From NCBI GenBank assembly GCA_964619365.1, contig CAZUDQ010000001.1, positions 118,503-182,502 on the forward strand: 64,000 bases of DNA, given 5' to 3'. Below, piece by piece: positions 38,485 to 47,973 of this stretch; positions within the stretch are counted from its first letter, which is position 1, and every line of letters starts with the position of its first letter. The stretch is from an uncultured archaeon. GTDB lineage: Archaea; Altiarchaeota; Altiarchaeia; JAFGQM01. Both the position numbers and the translations under genes were made by a program. A model generated the notes under the pieces. That model searched no databases. It saw only the letters and a list, made by a program, of their open reading frames with translations, and had not been told where the DNA came from.

Positions 38485-39739
38485 AGTTATAGCAGTCTAC
38501 GGCCAGGGGAAGATGGGACTACCTCTAGCACAAGTCTTAGCAAAATATTTTAAGGTTTATGGTGTTGACATCAATAAATCCCTGATTGATGCACTTTCCC
38601 GCGGGGAAGACGTTCTCCCAGAAGAGCCTGGGGTTGGCGAACTCATAAAGAAGAACTCTGAATCTGGAAGTTATGTTGCAACAACAGATTTTAGTCTGGC
38701 ATCAAAAAACGCAACTATCCACATTATCCTTGTTCCAACCCTTATCAAAGAAAATAAGGTTGATTTATCGATTGCAAAAAGCGTTGCGCGTGAGATATCA
38801 AAGAGATTAAAAAAAGGAGATATTGTTATTACAGAATGTACTATGCCTCCGGGCTCAACAAAATTACTACTACCTATTCTTGAGGAGTCTGGACTTAAGC
38901 TTGGCGATTTTTCAATCGCGCATGCCCCTGAAAGAACGTACTCTGGCCATGCTATTCGTGATATTGAAGGCGAGTATCCAAAGATACTTGGAACAAGCGA
39001 CGCGCGTTCCTTAGACAGGCTAAAAAAGGTCTATGAAACGATAAATTCAAAGGGCGTCATTACTATGCCAGGCGTCAAAGAGGCTGAGCTTGTAAAAGTC
39101 TTTGAAGGCTGCTACCGTGACCTTAATATCGCTCTTGCAAACGAGCTTTCCTATGTCTGTGAAAGAGAAGGAGTCGATGCCGCAAGCGTCTTTTCGGCAG
39201 CAAATACTCAAAAGTATTGCAAAATACATAATCCAGGTTATGTTGGAGGGCACTGCATCCCATATTACCCATGGTTTGTGATTGATGAGAAAACAAAACT
39301 CATGAAAACTGGGAGGGGAATAAACGAAGCAGTAATAGAACGCCTGATATCTAAATGCGATGGGGGACTAAAAGATGTTGGGATAATTCCAAAGGATGCA
39401 AAAATAGTCGTTTTGGGACTTACTTTTAGGGGTGGCGTGCGCGAGTTTGAGCATAGCGCTGCGTTTCCGTTTGTCAAAAGGGCAAAAGAAGAGTTTGAGG
39501 AGGTACTTGCTTATGACCCACTATGTTCTAAGGAGGATTATGCCCGTTTTGGAGTAGAGAAAATAGAGCTGCCATGCGAGGCTGATTGTGCAATAGTACT
39601 TGCAGACCATGATGAGTTCTTGGGGACTGGGGTTTTGAAATCATGCCCAACAATCAAGGTTCTAATTGACGGCAGGGGTATCTGTGACCTTAATGAGCTG
39701 CGCAAGAGAGGAATTATCTGCGGAGGTCTTGGTAAATGA
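38477..39739 (+). CDS. wbpA: UDP-N-acetyl-D-glucosamine/mannosamine 6-dehydrogenase (UDP-glucose/GDP-mannose dehydrogenase family; WbpA/WecC-like)
   Basis: Three-domain UDPGDH architecture with catalytic Cys context (GGHCIPYYP), 420 aa. Confidence 0.85.
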   Translation: MGEVIAVYGQGKMGLPLAQVLAKYFKVYGVDINKSLIDALSRGEDVLPEEPGVGELIKKNSESGSYVATTDFSLASKNATIHIILVPTLIKENKVDLSIAKSVAREISKRLKKGDIVITECTMPPGSTKLLLPILEESGLKLGDFSIAHAPERTYSGHAIRDIEGEYPKILGTSDARSLDRLKKVYETINSKGVITMPGVKEAELVKVFEGCYRDLNIALANELSYVCEREGVDAASVFSAANTQKYCKIHNPGYVGGHCIPYYPWFVIDEKTKLMKTGRGINEAVIERLISKCDGGLKDVGIIPKDAKIVVLGLTFRGGVREFEHSAAFPFVKRAKEEFEEVLAYDPLCSKEDYARFGVEKIELPCEADCAIVLADHDEFLGTGVLKSCPTIKVLIDGRGICDLNELRKRGIICGGLGK

Positions 39740-41004
39740 ATATCTTAATCATGTGTCGCTGGTATTACCCACATTGCGGTGGGGCGACAGTGCGTGTTCA
39801 TAACTTCGCAAAATACTTGACAAAGGCCGGACATAATGTCCACATTCTGACACACAATCCAAAAAGTATCGAACAGTGCAACAAAGATGATGTGGCGCCC
39901 TTATTTGAAGAAAGTGCAGAAGGGTTTAAGATAACTCGCCTGCCTTACCGTAGTTTTTTGGGGTTGAAAGGCAACTGGGGAACATCAATCCCTGAAATGG
40001 CAGTTCTTGCAACAAAGATAATTGAGAAGGAAAATATCGATATAATCATGTCGCATAACCCACCTTATCTTGTCGGAGCTTCAAGCTACAAAGCCTCATT
40101 TGCAACAGGCGTTCCGTTTGTGACTATTGTCCATGACATTTGGGGGGCATCACACTACGGCGCTTTAGAAAACGCAGTCGGAAAGACTCTTGAAGCATTC
40201 GTACTTAAGAAATCAAAGAAAATCATTGTTCCTGTCGAAGGAATAGGAAAAGAGCTTTCAGAAACTTATGGCATCCCAAAAGAAAGGTTTGCAACAGCAA
40301 AAACAGGCGTTGATTCAAATGAATTTAGGCCTATTGCAATCGGTCTTAAGGAGAAAGCCATTTTAAGGGAAAAGCTTCTTGAAAATGGAGCGCCTAAGGA
40401 AAAGATTAATGACTGCCTTTCTGCAAAATCAAGACCTATTCTTTTCTTGGGAAACCTTGCACCATGGAAAGGTGGGATGTTTTTCTTGCGTGCTGCAAAA
40501 GAGATTCTGAAGGAAGAACCTAGTGCGTTTTTTGTTCTTGTTGGCCACGGCGCGCAGTTTGAGGAGCTTATAAGTGAAACAAAGAAACTGGGTATATCGG
40601 ACCGCGTTCTTTTTGCAGGCGTCCTTAGGCACGAAGACTTGCCACTCATAATAAACCTTGCAAAAGTCTGTGTTTCAACATTCCCAAAGCCAAGCTCTGT
40701 GGGGAGGAAAGCTAACATGCAGGCAAGGCCTGTTTCAACATTAGAGTTTCTATCCTGCGGAAGGCCTGTTGTCGTAAGTGACGTTCCGGGAATCCGCGAC
40801 ATAATAATAAAGGATGGAGAAAGTGGTATTTTATTCGAGCCAGAGAACATCGGCGAACTGACAAAAGGAGTTCTTTTGTTACTGAAAAAGAAGGGTAAAG
40901 CAGAATCCCTTGGACGGGAAGCAAGAAAGAATATTAAGGACGAAACTTGGGAAGTGACTGCAAAAGTCGTTGAAATGGTATTAAACGAAGTTCTAAAAGA
41001 TTAA
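39736..41004 (+). CDS. Glycosyltransferase family 4 (GT-B, retaining)
   Basis: E-x7-E motif region STLEFLSCGRPVVVSDVPGIRD, typical GT4 N-terminal acceptor domain. Confidence 0.8.
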   Translation: MNILIMCRWYYPHCGGATVRVHNFAKYLTKAGHNVHILTHNPKSIEQCNKDDVAPLFEESAEGFKITRLPYRSFLGLKGNWGTSIPEMAVLATKIIEKENIDIIMSHNPPYLVGASSYKASFATGVPFVTIVHDIWGASHYGALENAVGKTLEAFVLKKSKKIIVPVEGIGKELSETYGIPKERFATAKTGVDSNEFRPIAIGLKEKAILREKLLENGAPKEKINDCLSAKSRPILFLGNLAPWKGGMFFLRAAKEILKEEPSAFFVLVGHGAQFEELISETKKLGISDRVLFAGVLRHEDLPLIINLAKVCVSTFPKPSSVGRKANMQARPVSTLEFLSCGRPVVVSDVPGIRDIIIKDGESGILFEPENIGELTKGVLLLLKKKGKAESLGREARKNIKDETWEVTAKVVEMVLNEVLKD

Positions 41005-41010
41005 CTGATT

Positions 41011-42159
41011 ATGGATGTATTAATGCTTCTTGCCAATGGTTTTCCACCAGACATCAGAGTTTATAAGGAAGCAAAGACTCTAACTGAAAACGGAAAAGAT
41101 GTGGAGATTTTTTGCTGGGATCGGCTTGGGGAATTTAAAGCTGATGATAAGCTAGATGACATTAAAGTTACGCGCGTAGGACCCAAATCAAGTTATGGCA
41201 ACACTAATGAAAACATGCTTATGATGCCTTTTTTTTGGAAAAAGTGTTTCTTTAAATGTTTAAATAGTGGTGCAAAAGTCATACATTGTCATGATTTTGA
41301 TACACTTATCCCTGGATTTTTAGCGGCAAAACTTTCGGGTAAGAAAATAGTATATGATTCGCATGAGAATTATACTGCAAGCATAAAAAATAAAGTACCA
41401 TCCCCCATATGTAAGATAATATCCATAACCGAAAAATTTATGTCAAAAAGATGTGATTATGTCATAACAATTAATCAACTTATTGGAGATATATTTGAGT
41501 CTAATGGCGCAAAAGTTTTAATCATTATGAACGCACAGGATTCACGTCAGTATGATATAGAATATCTTCAACTAGAAAAAATACGAGAAAAGTTTGCAGG
41601 TAAAGATAAGTTTGTCATATGTTATATCGGTGGATTGCGCAAAGAACGATGTTTAGGTGAGTTATTGGAATCAATAGATTATCTAAGTAAAACAGAAAAA
41701 AATAAGGTAAAAATACTCATTATAGGTAGAGGTCCAGACAAGGAAGAATTAGAAAAGACTATAAATACAAAATATAACAAAAATGCGTGCATCAAAGACT
41801 TTATAGATCCTTTTTTAGTTCCAGCATATACTCTTGCAAGTGATGGAGTTTATTGTGTCGGAAATCCTAAACTTTATAAAAATGTAGAATATGCCGCATC
41901 AAATAAGCTTTTTGAGTCAATATGTGCCCATAAACCAATAATCGTAAATGATGTTGGCATAATGGGGGATGTAATCTCAGAAAATAGAATTGGGGCTATA
42001 GTTAAGAATACTCCACAAAGCATAGCAGGGGGTATACGCAAAATAATGCAAATGTCCAAATCAAAAGAATTTTACCAGAAGTCAAAGAAAGCGGAGATAA
42101 AATATAATTGGGAATCTGAGAGTAAAAAACTTCTTAATATGTATTCAAAAATAATTTGA
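41011..42159 (+). CDS. Glycosyltransferase, GT4-like (GT-B fold)
   Basis: N-terminal GT4-like domain (IHCHDFDTLIPGFLAAKLSGKKIVYDSHE) and C-terminal Rossmann-like half. AT-rich gene. Confidence 0.65.
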   Translation: MDVLMLLANGFPPDIRVYKEAKTLTENGKDVEIFCWDRLGEFKADDKLDDIKVTRVGPKSSYGNTNENMLMMPFFWKKCFFKCLNSGAKVIHCHDFDTLIPGFLAAKLSGKKIVYDSHENYTASIKNKVPSPICKIISITEKFMSKRCDYVITINQLIGDIFESNGAKVLIIMNAQDSRQYDIEYLQLEKIREKFAGKDKFVICYIGGLRKERCLGELLESIDYLSKTEKNKVKILIIGRGPDKEELEKTINTKYNKNACIKDFIDPFLVPAYTLASDGVYCVGNPKLYKNVEYAASNKLFESICAHKPIIVNDVGIMGDVISENRIGAIVKNTPQSIAGGIRKIMQMSKSKEFYQKSKKAEIKYNWESESKKLLNMYSKII

Positions 42160-42361
42160 ACTAACCCATAAAAAACTAAAATGATACACAAGAAAAAGGA
42201 ATTAAAAGAATGGTGTGAGGAATCCGCAATAGAATTTGGTAATATCAATGTGGAATTAGGAAAAGTTATTGTTGAATATGATAGATTGCTTAACCAAGGT
42301 AATAAAATTTGAATGGTCCTTATAAAACGTGTTTTAGTAAAAAACAATCCAAATAATAGCG

Positions 42362-43126
42362 ATGAAAACTGTCATTCTTGCTGGTGGTTTGGGAACCAGG
42401 TTAAGTGAGGAAACCGAGGTGCGCCCAAAACCTATGGTCGAAATCGGTGGAAAGCCGATACTTTGGCATATAATGAAAACATATTCACATTGTGGTTTTA
42501 ATGATTTTGTTATATGTCTTGGATATAAGGGATATATGATAAAGGAATGGTTCTCTCATTATTCCCTTCACAATTCTGATCTCTCAATAGACCTTAAGAA
42601 AAACAATATAGAAATCCTTAACAATAAGACTGAGGACTGGAAAGTTACTCTTGTTGATACTGGAAAAGACACTATGACTGGGGGGCGTTTAAAACGCGTA
42701 AAAGAGTATCTTGATGATGAGACCTTCATGATGACTTATGGTGATGGGGTTGGAGATATTGATATAAAATCACTTGTCAATTTCCATAAATCCCATAGAA
42801 AACTCGCAACAGTTACTGCGTGCAACCCAGAAGGCCGCTTTGGGGTAATAAAACTAGGTGGTGAGAAAGCAACGAGCTTCGGTGAAAAAAAGGATACTGA
42901 TGAATGGATTAATGCTGGTTTTTTTGTTCTTGAACCAAATGTATTGGATTACATATCAGGGGACGCTATGCCTTGGGAAAAAGACCCACTTGAGAATCTC
43001 TCAAAAGATGGAGAACTAATGGTTAATCGCCACACGGGCTTTTGGAAACCGATGGATAAATATAGTGATAAATTAGAGCTTGAAAGGATTTGGGGGACTG
43101 GAAAGGCTCCTTGGAAAACATGGTAA
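42362..43126 (+). CDS. rfbF: Glucose-1-phosphate cytidylyltransferase
   Basis: MKTVILAGGLGTRLSEETEVRPKPMVEIGGKPILWHIMK..., a full-length match to RfbF/DdhA. Confidence 0.9.
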   Translation: MKTVILAGGLGTRLSEETEVRPKPMVEIGGKPILWHIMKTYSHCGFNDFVICLGYKGYMIKEWFSHYSLHNSDLSIDLKKNNIEILNNKTEDWKVTLVDTGKDTMTGGRLKRVKEYLDDETFMMTYGDGVGDIDIKSLVNFHKSHRKLATVTACNPEGRFGVIKLGGEKATSFGEKKDTDEWINAGFFVLEPNVLDYISGDAMPWEKDPLENLSKDGELMVNRHTGFWKPMDKYSDKLELERIWGTGKAPWKTW

Positions 43127-43127
43127 A

Positions 43128-43961
43128 ATGGATTGGAAAGAAAAAAACGTGCTTGTGACGGGAGGTAATGGTCTTGTGGGCTCTCATTTAGTAAAAAATT
43201 TATGTGAAAAGGGGGCAAATGTCATATGTTTAAGCCGTTCACATAATCCAAATAGTTATTTTGCAAGCGAGAAGCTAGAAACCCTCTGTGCTGAAGAATA
43301 TGGCGACTTAAAGGACTTTGCTCGTATTCTTGATGTGGTATGTAAAAATGAGGTTGATTATATATTCCATCTCGGTGCTCAGGCAATTGTTAAAACGGGT
43401 ATAAAAAATCCACTTGAAACTTTTGATAGTAATATCATGGGCACAGCAAATATATTAGAAGCTGCAAGGTTATACGGAGAAGTGGAAGGCATTGTTGTTG
43501 CATCTTCAGACAAAGCTTATGGGAGTTCTGAAAAATTGCCATATACTGAAGATATGCCACTGCATGGCGATTATCCATATGATGTTTCTAAATCCTGCAC
43601 AGATCTTATCTCACAAAGTTATTCCAAAAGTTATGGTCTTCCCGTTTGTGTGGCAAGGTTTGGAAATATTTATGGGGAAGGGGATCTTAATTTCAATCGT
43701 ATAATACCCGGATGCATACGTGCAGGTATTCTTAACGAATGTCTGAACATCAGGAGTAATGGAAAGCTTATACGTGAATATGTTTATGTAGGAGATGTAG
43801 TGTCAGGTTATTTATCATTATCGGAAAACATGAAAAAGACCTGTGGGGAAGCATTTAATCTTTCAAGTGGTGAGGAACTAACTGTACTTGATGTCGTAAA
43901 ACAAGTTTCCAGCGTACTTGGTAAAAATGTAAAATACTTGATAATTCACCCTGTGAAATAA
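43128..43961 (+). pseudogene. rfbG: CDP-glucose 4,6-dehydratase with a frameshift near the 3' end; the C-terminal ~45 aa are encoded in another frame at 43925-44080
   Basis: VLVTGGNGLVGSHL Rossmann and SDKAYG / Y..SK catalytic region in frame 0 up to a stop at 43959-61. The conserved C-terminus CEIRKQTLSSKKVKEKLGWEPKFSFADGMKRTVSWY reads in the -1 frame up to the stop at 44078-80. Confidence 0.75.
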
Positions 43962-44090
43962 GAAAACAGACACTTTCGTCAAAAAAGGTAAAAGAAAAAT
44001 TGGGTTGGGAACCAAAATTTAGTTTCGCAGACGGTATGAAAAGGACTGTTAGTTGGTATACAGACTTCTTCTTCAAATAAACTATTAACA

Positions 44091-45017
44091 ATGCCGTTTA
44101 AAGGAGAGCGTGTAGTAGTCACCGGGGCCTCTGGTTTTATTGGTAAGCATCTAACCGAAAGGCTTGCTTTAGAAGATTGTAAAGTTTATAGCTTCTGCCA
44201 CGAATGTCCAGTTACCAAGCAGGAGAAATCCACCACAATAAATGTAGATATCGCAAAAGATACGGAGAAACTTAAGGCCACACTTAATGAAATAGAACCT
44301 GAAATAATATTCCATTTAGCTGCGAAAGTTGATAGATCGCGCGATTTAGGAATTTTAGGTGAAATAGTAAAAAATAATATTTTGGGTACAACAAATCTTC
44401 TGAGCGCTCTTGATAACACTGATTTTTTACATTTTATAAATACAGGTTCTTCTGAAGAATATGGGGTGGGAGTCGTACCTTTGAGTGAGGACCAAGAGCC
44501 AAATCCATTATCTCCGTATTCTGCTGCAAAAGCATCAACAACGTTAATATGCCAAATGCTTGCAAACAACATGGGGCTTCCAATAACAACACTTAGGCCT
44601 TTTTTGACTTACGGGCCCGGCCAAGGGCCAAAAATGTTCATACCCTCACTAATAATCTCAGCAATTAAACTCCAAGATTTTAACATGACTGACGGAATGC
44701 AATCCCGTGAGTTCAACTATGTTGAAGATATAGTGGAGGGGTACGTATCAACCGCCCTGAATAAGAAGACTTTTGGCGAGGTTATAAACCTTGGTAGTGG
44801 GAAAGAATATCTTGTTAGGGATGTAGCTAAAATGATAAATGATTTTTTGGATAATCCAATAGAACTAAACTTTGGCGCAATCGCTCGCCGAGAAGGAGAA
44901 CCCGCCCGTCATTATTGTTCTAATAAGAAGGCGCGAGATCTTCTTGGGTGGGAACCAAAGGTCGATTTGGAAACCGGCCTTAAACAAACTATCTCTTGGT
45001 ATAAGGAGAATTGTTAG
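44091..45017 (+). CDS. NAD-dependent epimerase/dehydratase (SDR) family; probable CDP-4-keto-6-deoxyglucose reductase/epimerase
   Basis: VVVTGASGFIGKHL, YSAAK catalytic dyad, C-terminal LGWEPKVDLETGLKQTISWY. Directly follows rfbF-rfbG. Confidence 0.7.
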   Translation: MPFKGERVVVTGASGFIGKHLTERLALEDCKVYSFCHECPVTKQEKSTTINVDIAKDTEKLKATLNEIEPEIIFHLAAKVDRSRDLGILGEIVKNNILGTTNLLSALDNTDFLHFINTGSSEEYGVGVVPLSEDQEPNPLSPYSAAKASTTLICQMLANNMGLPITTLRPFLTYGPGQGPKMFIPSLIISAIKLQDFNMTDGMQSREFNYVEDIVEGYVSTALNKKTFGEVINLGSGKEYLVRDVAKMINDFLDNPIELNFGAIARREGEPARHYCSNKKARDLLGWEPKVDLETGLKQTISWYKENC

Positions 45018-46115
45018 ATGAATATCAAGAGCGATAAAGGGGGGGCTAAAGGGAAAACATTATCCATTTGTATACCTACTTGGAATAGAAAGGACGACCT
45101 ACTCAAGAACCTTGATATTATAAATCTTCGTGCAAAAGAGGCTTCGTGTAATGATGAAATTGAAATTTGTATTTCAGATAACGCCTCACACGATGGGACA
45201 TGGGAGGCAGTACTAAATTATTCTAAAAATAGTAAAGTAAACATTCAATACCAAAGGAATAATGAAAACCTTGGACATGATAGAAACATACTAAAGGTAG
45301 CCAATCTCGCAACTGGTAAATATATTTGGTTTTTGGGTGATGATGATTTTATAGGGGTGGGTTCCCTTAAGTTTTTATTCGATATTATGGGGACTAGCAA
45401 TGAGATTAATGTCATAAATTTGATAAACAATGAAAGCTTGAAAAAAGACGTGCATTTTGAGATAATAAAGTCGCCCTGGACAACTGCAATATCTTATAAT
45501 TTTTTAGATGGTTACACCATCTCTAATGTTATATGCAATAGGGAAATGCTATCTCAAGTTATGAAACGTCACGGGGATATCATTGAGGAGGGCATTGGTT
45601 GTCTATATATACATCGATTCTTGTACAGTTTAATACTTTTGGAAAATTCAAACAGTACACATTACTTCCTCAGAGGCAAAGTTATGGAATTTGGGCAAAA
45701 GCGCCATATGTTTGGTATTAAAAATGAGATGAAAGTTCGTCTTGGACGCAACAAAATATCGACAATACTTAGAAAATACTTCCCAGAATATTCAAATATT
45801 TTGAAAACTAACTCGAGGTGGGAGATGATATTTGCAATTGAAGTTTTTGAGCGAAGTTGTTACGGGGCAGTATGCCCAAAGGAAATAACTAACTCCTTAA
45901 TTGACTACATTTGGGATAATATGAGTATAAACGGCGCACTTTTAAACACACTGTCCTTATTGAAAATAAAGTTTACGCCTGAAGATTTGAGGTATGTCTT
46001 TATGGAAATGATATTCAAAACTACTATACTAAAAAACAAACAGGGTATTATACAAAGGATTAGGGCTGAGCGCAAAAAACGTGGTGAAAGCTTCATTTCG
46101 CCAAGGGAATATTGA
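45018..46115 (+). CDS. Glycosyltransferase family 2 (GT-A)
   Basis: LSICIPTWNRKDDL...ICISDNASHDGT...FLGDDDF (DxD). Confidence 0.7.
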   Translation: MNIKSDKGGAKGKTLSICIPTWNRKDDLLKNLDIINLRAKEASCNDEIEICISDNASHDGTWEAVLNYSKNSKVNIQYQRNNENLGHDRNILKVANLATGKYIWFLGDDDFIGVGSLKFLFDIMGTSNEINVINLINNESLKKDVHFEIIKSPWTTAISYNFLDGYTISNVICNREMLSQVMKRHGDIIEEGIGCLYIHRFLYSLILLENSNSTHYFLRGKVMEFGQKRHMFGIKNEMKVRLGRNKISTILRKYFPEYSNILKTNSRWEMIFAIEVFERSCYGAVCPKEITNSLIDYIWDNMSINGALLNTLSLLKIKFTPEDLRYVFMEMIFKTTILKNKQGIIQRIRAERKKRGESFISPREY

Positions 46116-47950
46116 TGGGTGCAGTTATATTTGGTAGTTGTGGGGATAGTAAAAAACTAGAAAATCCAGGTGAAGATTTTGATTTCTATACCAAAGGTGA
46201 GATCAATATCTGGAGAAAATGCTCGCCATTCTTCTTCTCAGGCAAAATGCCAATTTTAAACAATGATGAAGATGTGGGTATAATAATACAGGGTTATGTA
46301 ATTCTAAATGAAGATATACAGGATTCTACTAAGAATTGGAAGGAAACGGCTAGTAGGCTTATTGCGGAATATGAACGAGGGGGCACCGAATCTATTTTAA
46401 ATTCTATAAAAACTGGAGCATTCAATATCATTTTATTTGATTTTAGAACGAATCTGATGTTTGTTATAAATGATAGATTTGGGTTATTCCCACTTTTTTA
46501 TCATCAAGATAAATACAATCTGGTATTTGGTACAAGGACCAAAGAAATTTTAAATATAAAAAAATTTGAACCAGATTGGACATCTATAGCAGAGTTCTTA
46601 GAATATGGGTATGTTCTCGGGGATAGAACATACTTCGAGGGGGTCAGGCTTATGGGGCCTGGATCAGTATTAAGTTACAATCTTGGTGACAAGACAATTA
46701 AAATAGAAAGTTATTGGGAAATTAATTATGATAAAAATATATCAGAAAAAGATATGGCGAGTGAAGCTCTAAGATTATTTAAAACTTCGTGCAAGCGCTT
46801 ATATACAAAAGATTATGGATACATTATACCGTTAAGCGGTGGACTTGATTCAAGGCTAAATGCGTATGGATTTTCCAATGTGGGCAAGATTACTACACTT
46901 ACCTTCGACCGGAGCAAAAGTGGCAAGGAGTATAAGATAGCAAAAAAGATTTCAGATAAAATTGGGTGTAATCATATTTTTAAAAGTATAGAATCCAAAG
47001 GTATACTTGACTCGCCAAATAATTTTTTAAGGATAACTGAGGGGTATGAAGACATGTCACTTAATTTTCTAAAGTTATACCAAGAGTTCGAGGGCAAAGT
47101 TATTGTGGATGGTTACCTTGGTGATGTAGTTTTAGGTGGAACGTATTATAGTAAATTAAAAAAGAGGCCTGGAGATATCCTAAACCAGTTTTTAGGGAAG
47201 TCTAAGGTGACCGATGGGTGTAATGGATTAAAAAAGGAACTAAATGTTTCTTTTTTCACAGAAAAGGAATTAGAAAACCTGTTTTCTAATGAAATATCTA
47301 AAAAAATAAAGGATGGGATTAATGCCCATAATGATTTCTTAACAAAAGAAATGGAAATTCTATCCAATAAATTTAAGTATAAGGAAGAGATGATTGAGTT
47401 TTTTAAGATAAATAATCGGGGCCGACGTTTTATAAATCTGGGGGGGCATTGGCAGGAGGATAAAAATGAACGCATAGTACCTTTCTTTGACTATGATTTC
47501 TTTGATTTTTGTATGAATATTCCTATTGAAGAGCGAGCCTTTCACAAAGTATATTATAAACTTCTGTCAAAAATGGATGATTTGGGTAAAATAGTTTATA
47601 ACCACAGCGGTATAAGCGCAAACTCGCCATATAAATTACAACTTATGACTGAATATTTAAATGAGATATGGCTTAAACAAAAGAAGTTTATAAATCGTCT
47701 TACAAAAGGCAGATATTGTAAACCCGATACCTATGCCCCAATAGCTGAGTGGGTTAGAGACTCTGAGAACGAAAAAACTATAATGGATTCAATGAATTGG
47801 ACTCTTATAAACAAGAGCGAAGTTGAAAGATTATTCAATGAACACAAGAATTTTACGGGGGATAATAGTAAAAAGATAGTCAGACTTTTCTCATTTTCAC
47901 TTTGGTGGGATAAAATCTATTTGAAACATTTAGAAGAACATCAAACATGA
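46112..47950 (+). CDS. Asparagine synthetase (AsnB)-like amidotransferase lacking the N-terminal Cys nucleophile
   Basis: PP-loop synthetase domain IPLSGGLDSRLNAY is conserved. The N-terminus is MMGAVIFG rather than MCGI, so the glutaminase Cys2 is absent. 612 aa. Confidence 0.7.
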   Translation: MMGAVIFGSCGDSKKLENPGEDFDFYTKGEINIWRKCSPFFFSGKMPILNNDEDVGIIIQGYVILNEDIQDSTKNWKETASRLIAEYERGGTESILNSIKTGAFNIILFDFRTNLMFVINDRFGLFPLFYHQDKYNLVFGTRTKEILNIKKFEPDWTSIAEFLEYGYVLGDRTYFEGVRLMGPGSVLSYNLGDKTIKIESYWEINYDKNISEKDMASEALRLFKTSCKRLYTKDYGYIIPLSGGLDSRLNAYGFSNVGKITTLTFDRSKSGKEYKIAKKISDKIGCNHIFKSIESKGILDSPNNFLRITEGYEDMSLNFLKLYQEFEGKVIVDGYLGDVVLGGTYYSKLKKRPGDILNQFLGKSKVTDGCNGLKKELNVSFFTEKELENLFSNEISKKIKDGINAHNDFLTKEMEILSNKFKYKEEMIEFFKINNRGRRFINLGGHWQEDKNERIVPFFDYDFFDFCMNIPIEERAFHKVYYKLLSKMDDLGKIVYNHSGISANSPYKLQLMTEYLNEIWLKQKKFINRLTKGRYCKPDTYAPIAEWVRDSENEKTIMDSMNWTLINKSEVERLFNEHKNFTGDNSKKIVRLFSFSLWWDKIYLKHLEEHQT

Positions 47951-47973
47951 TATATCCTAGCCTCTAATCAAGA

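Noticed and set aside
42181-42312. 43-aa ORF (MIHKKKELKEWCEESAIEFGNINVELGK...) in the AT-rich spacer between GT4 and rfbF
   Set aside because: Too short, no motif, and in an AT-rich region where open frames arise by chance. It could be a leader or small protein but is unsupported.
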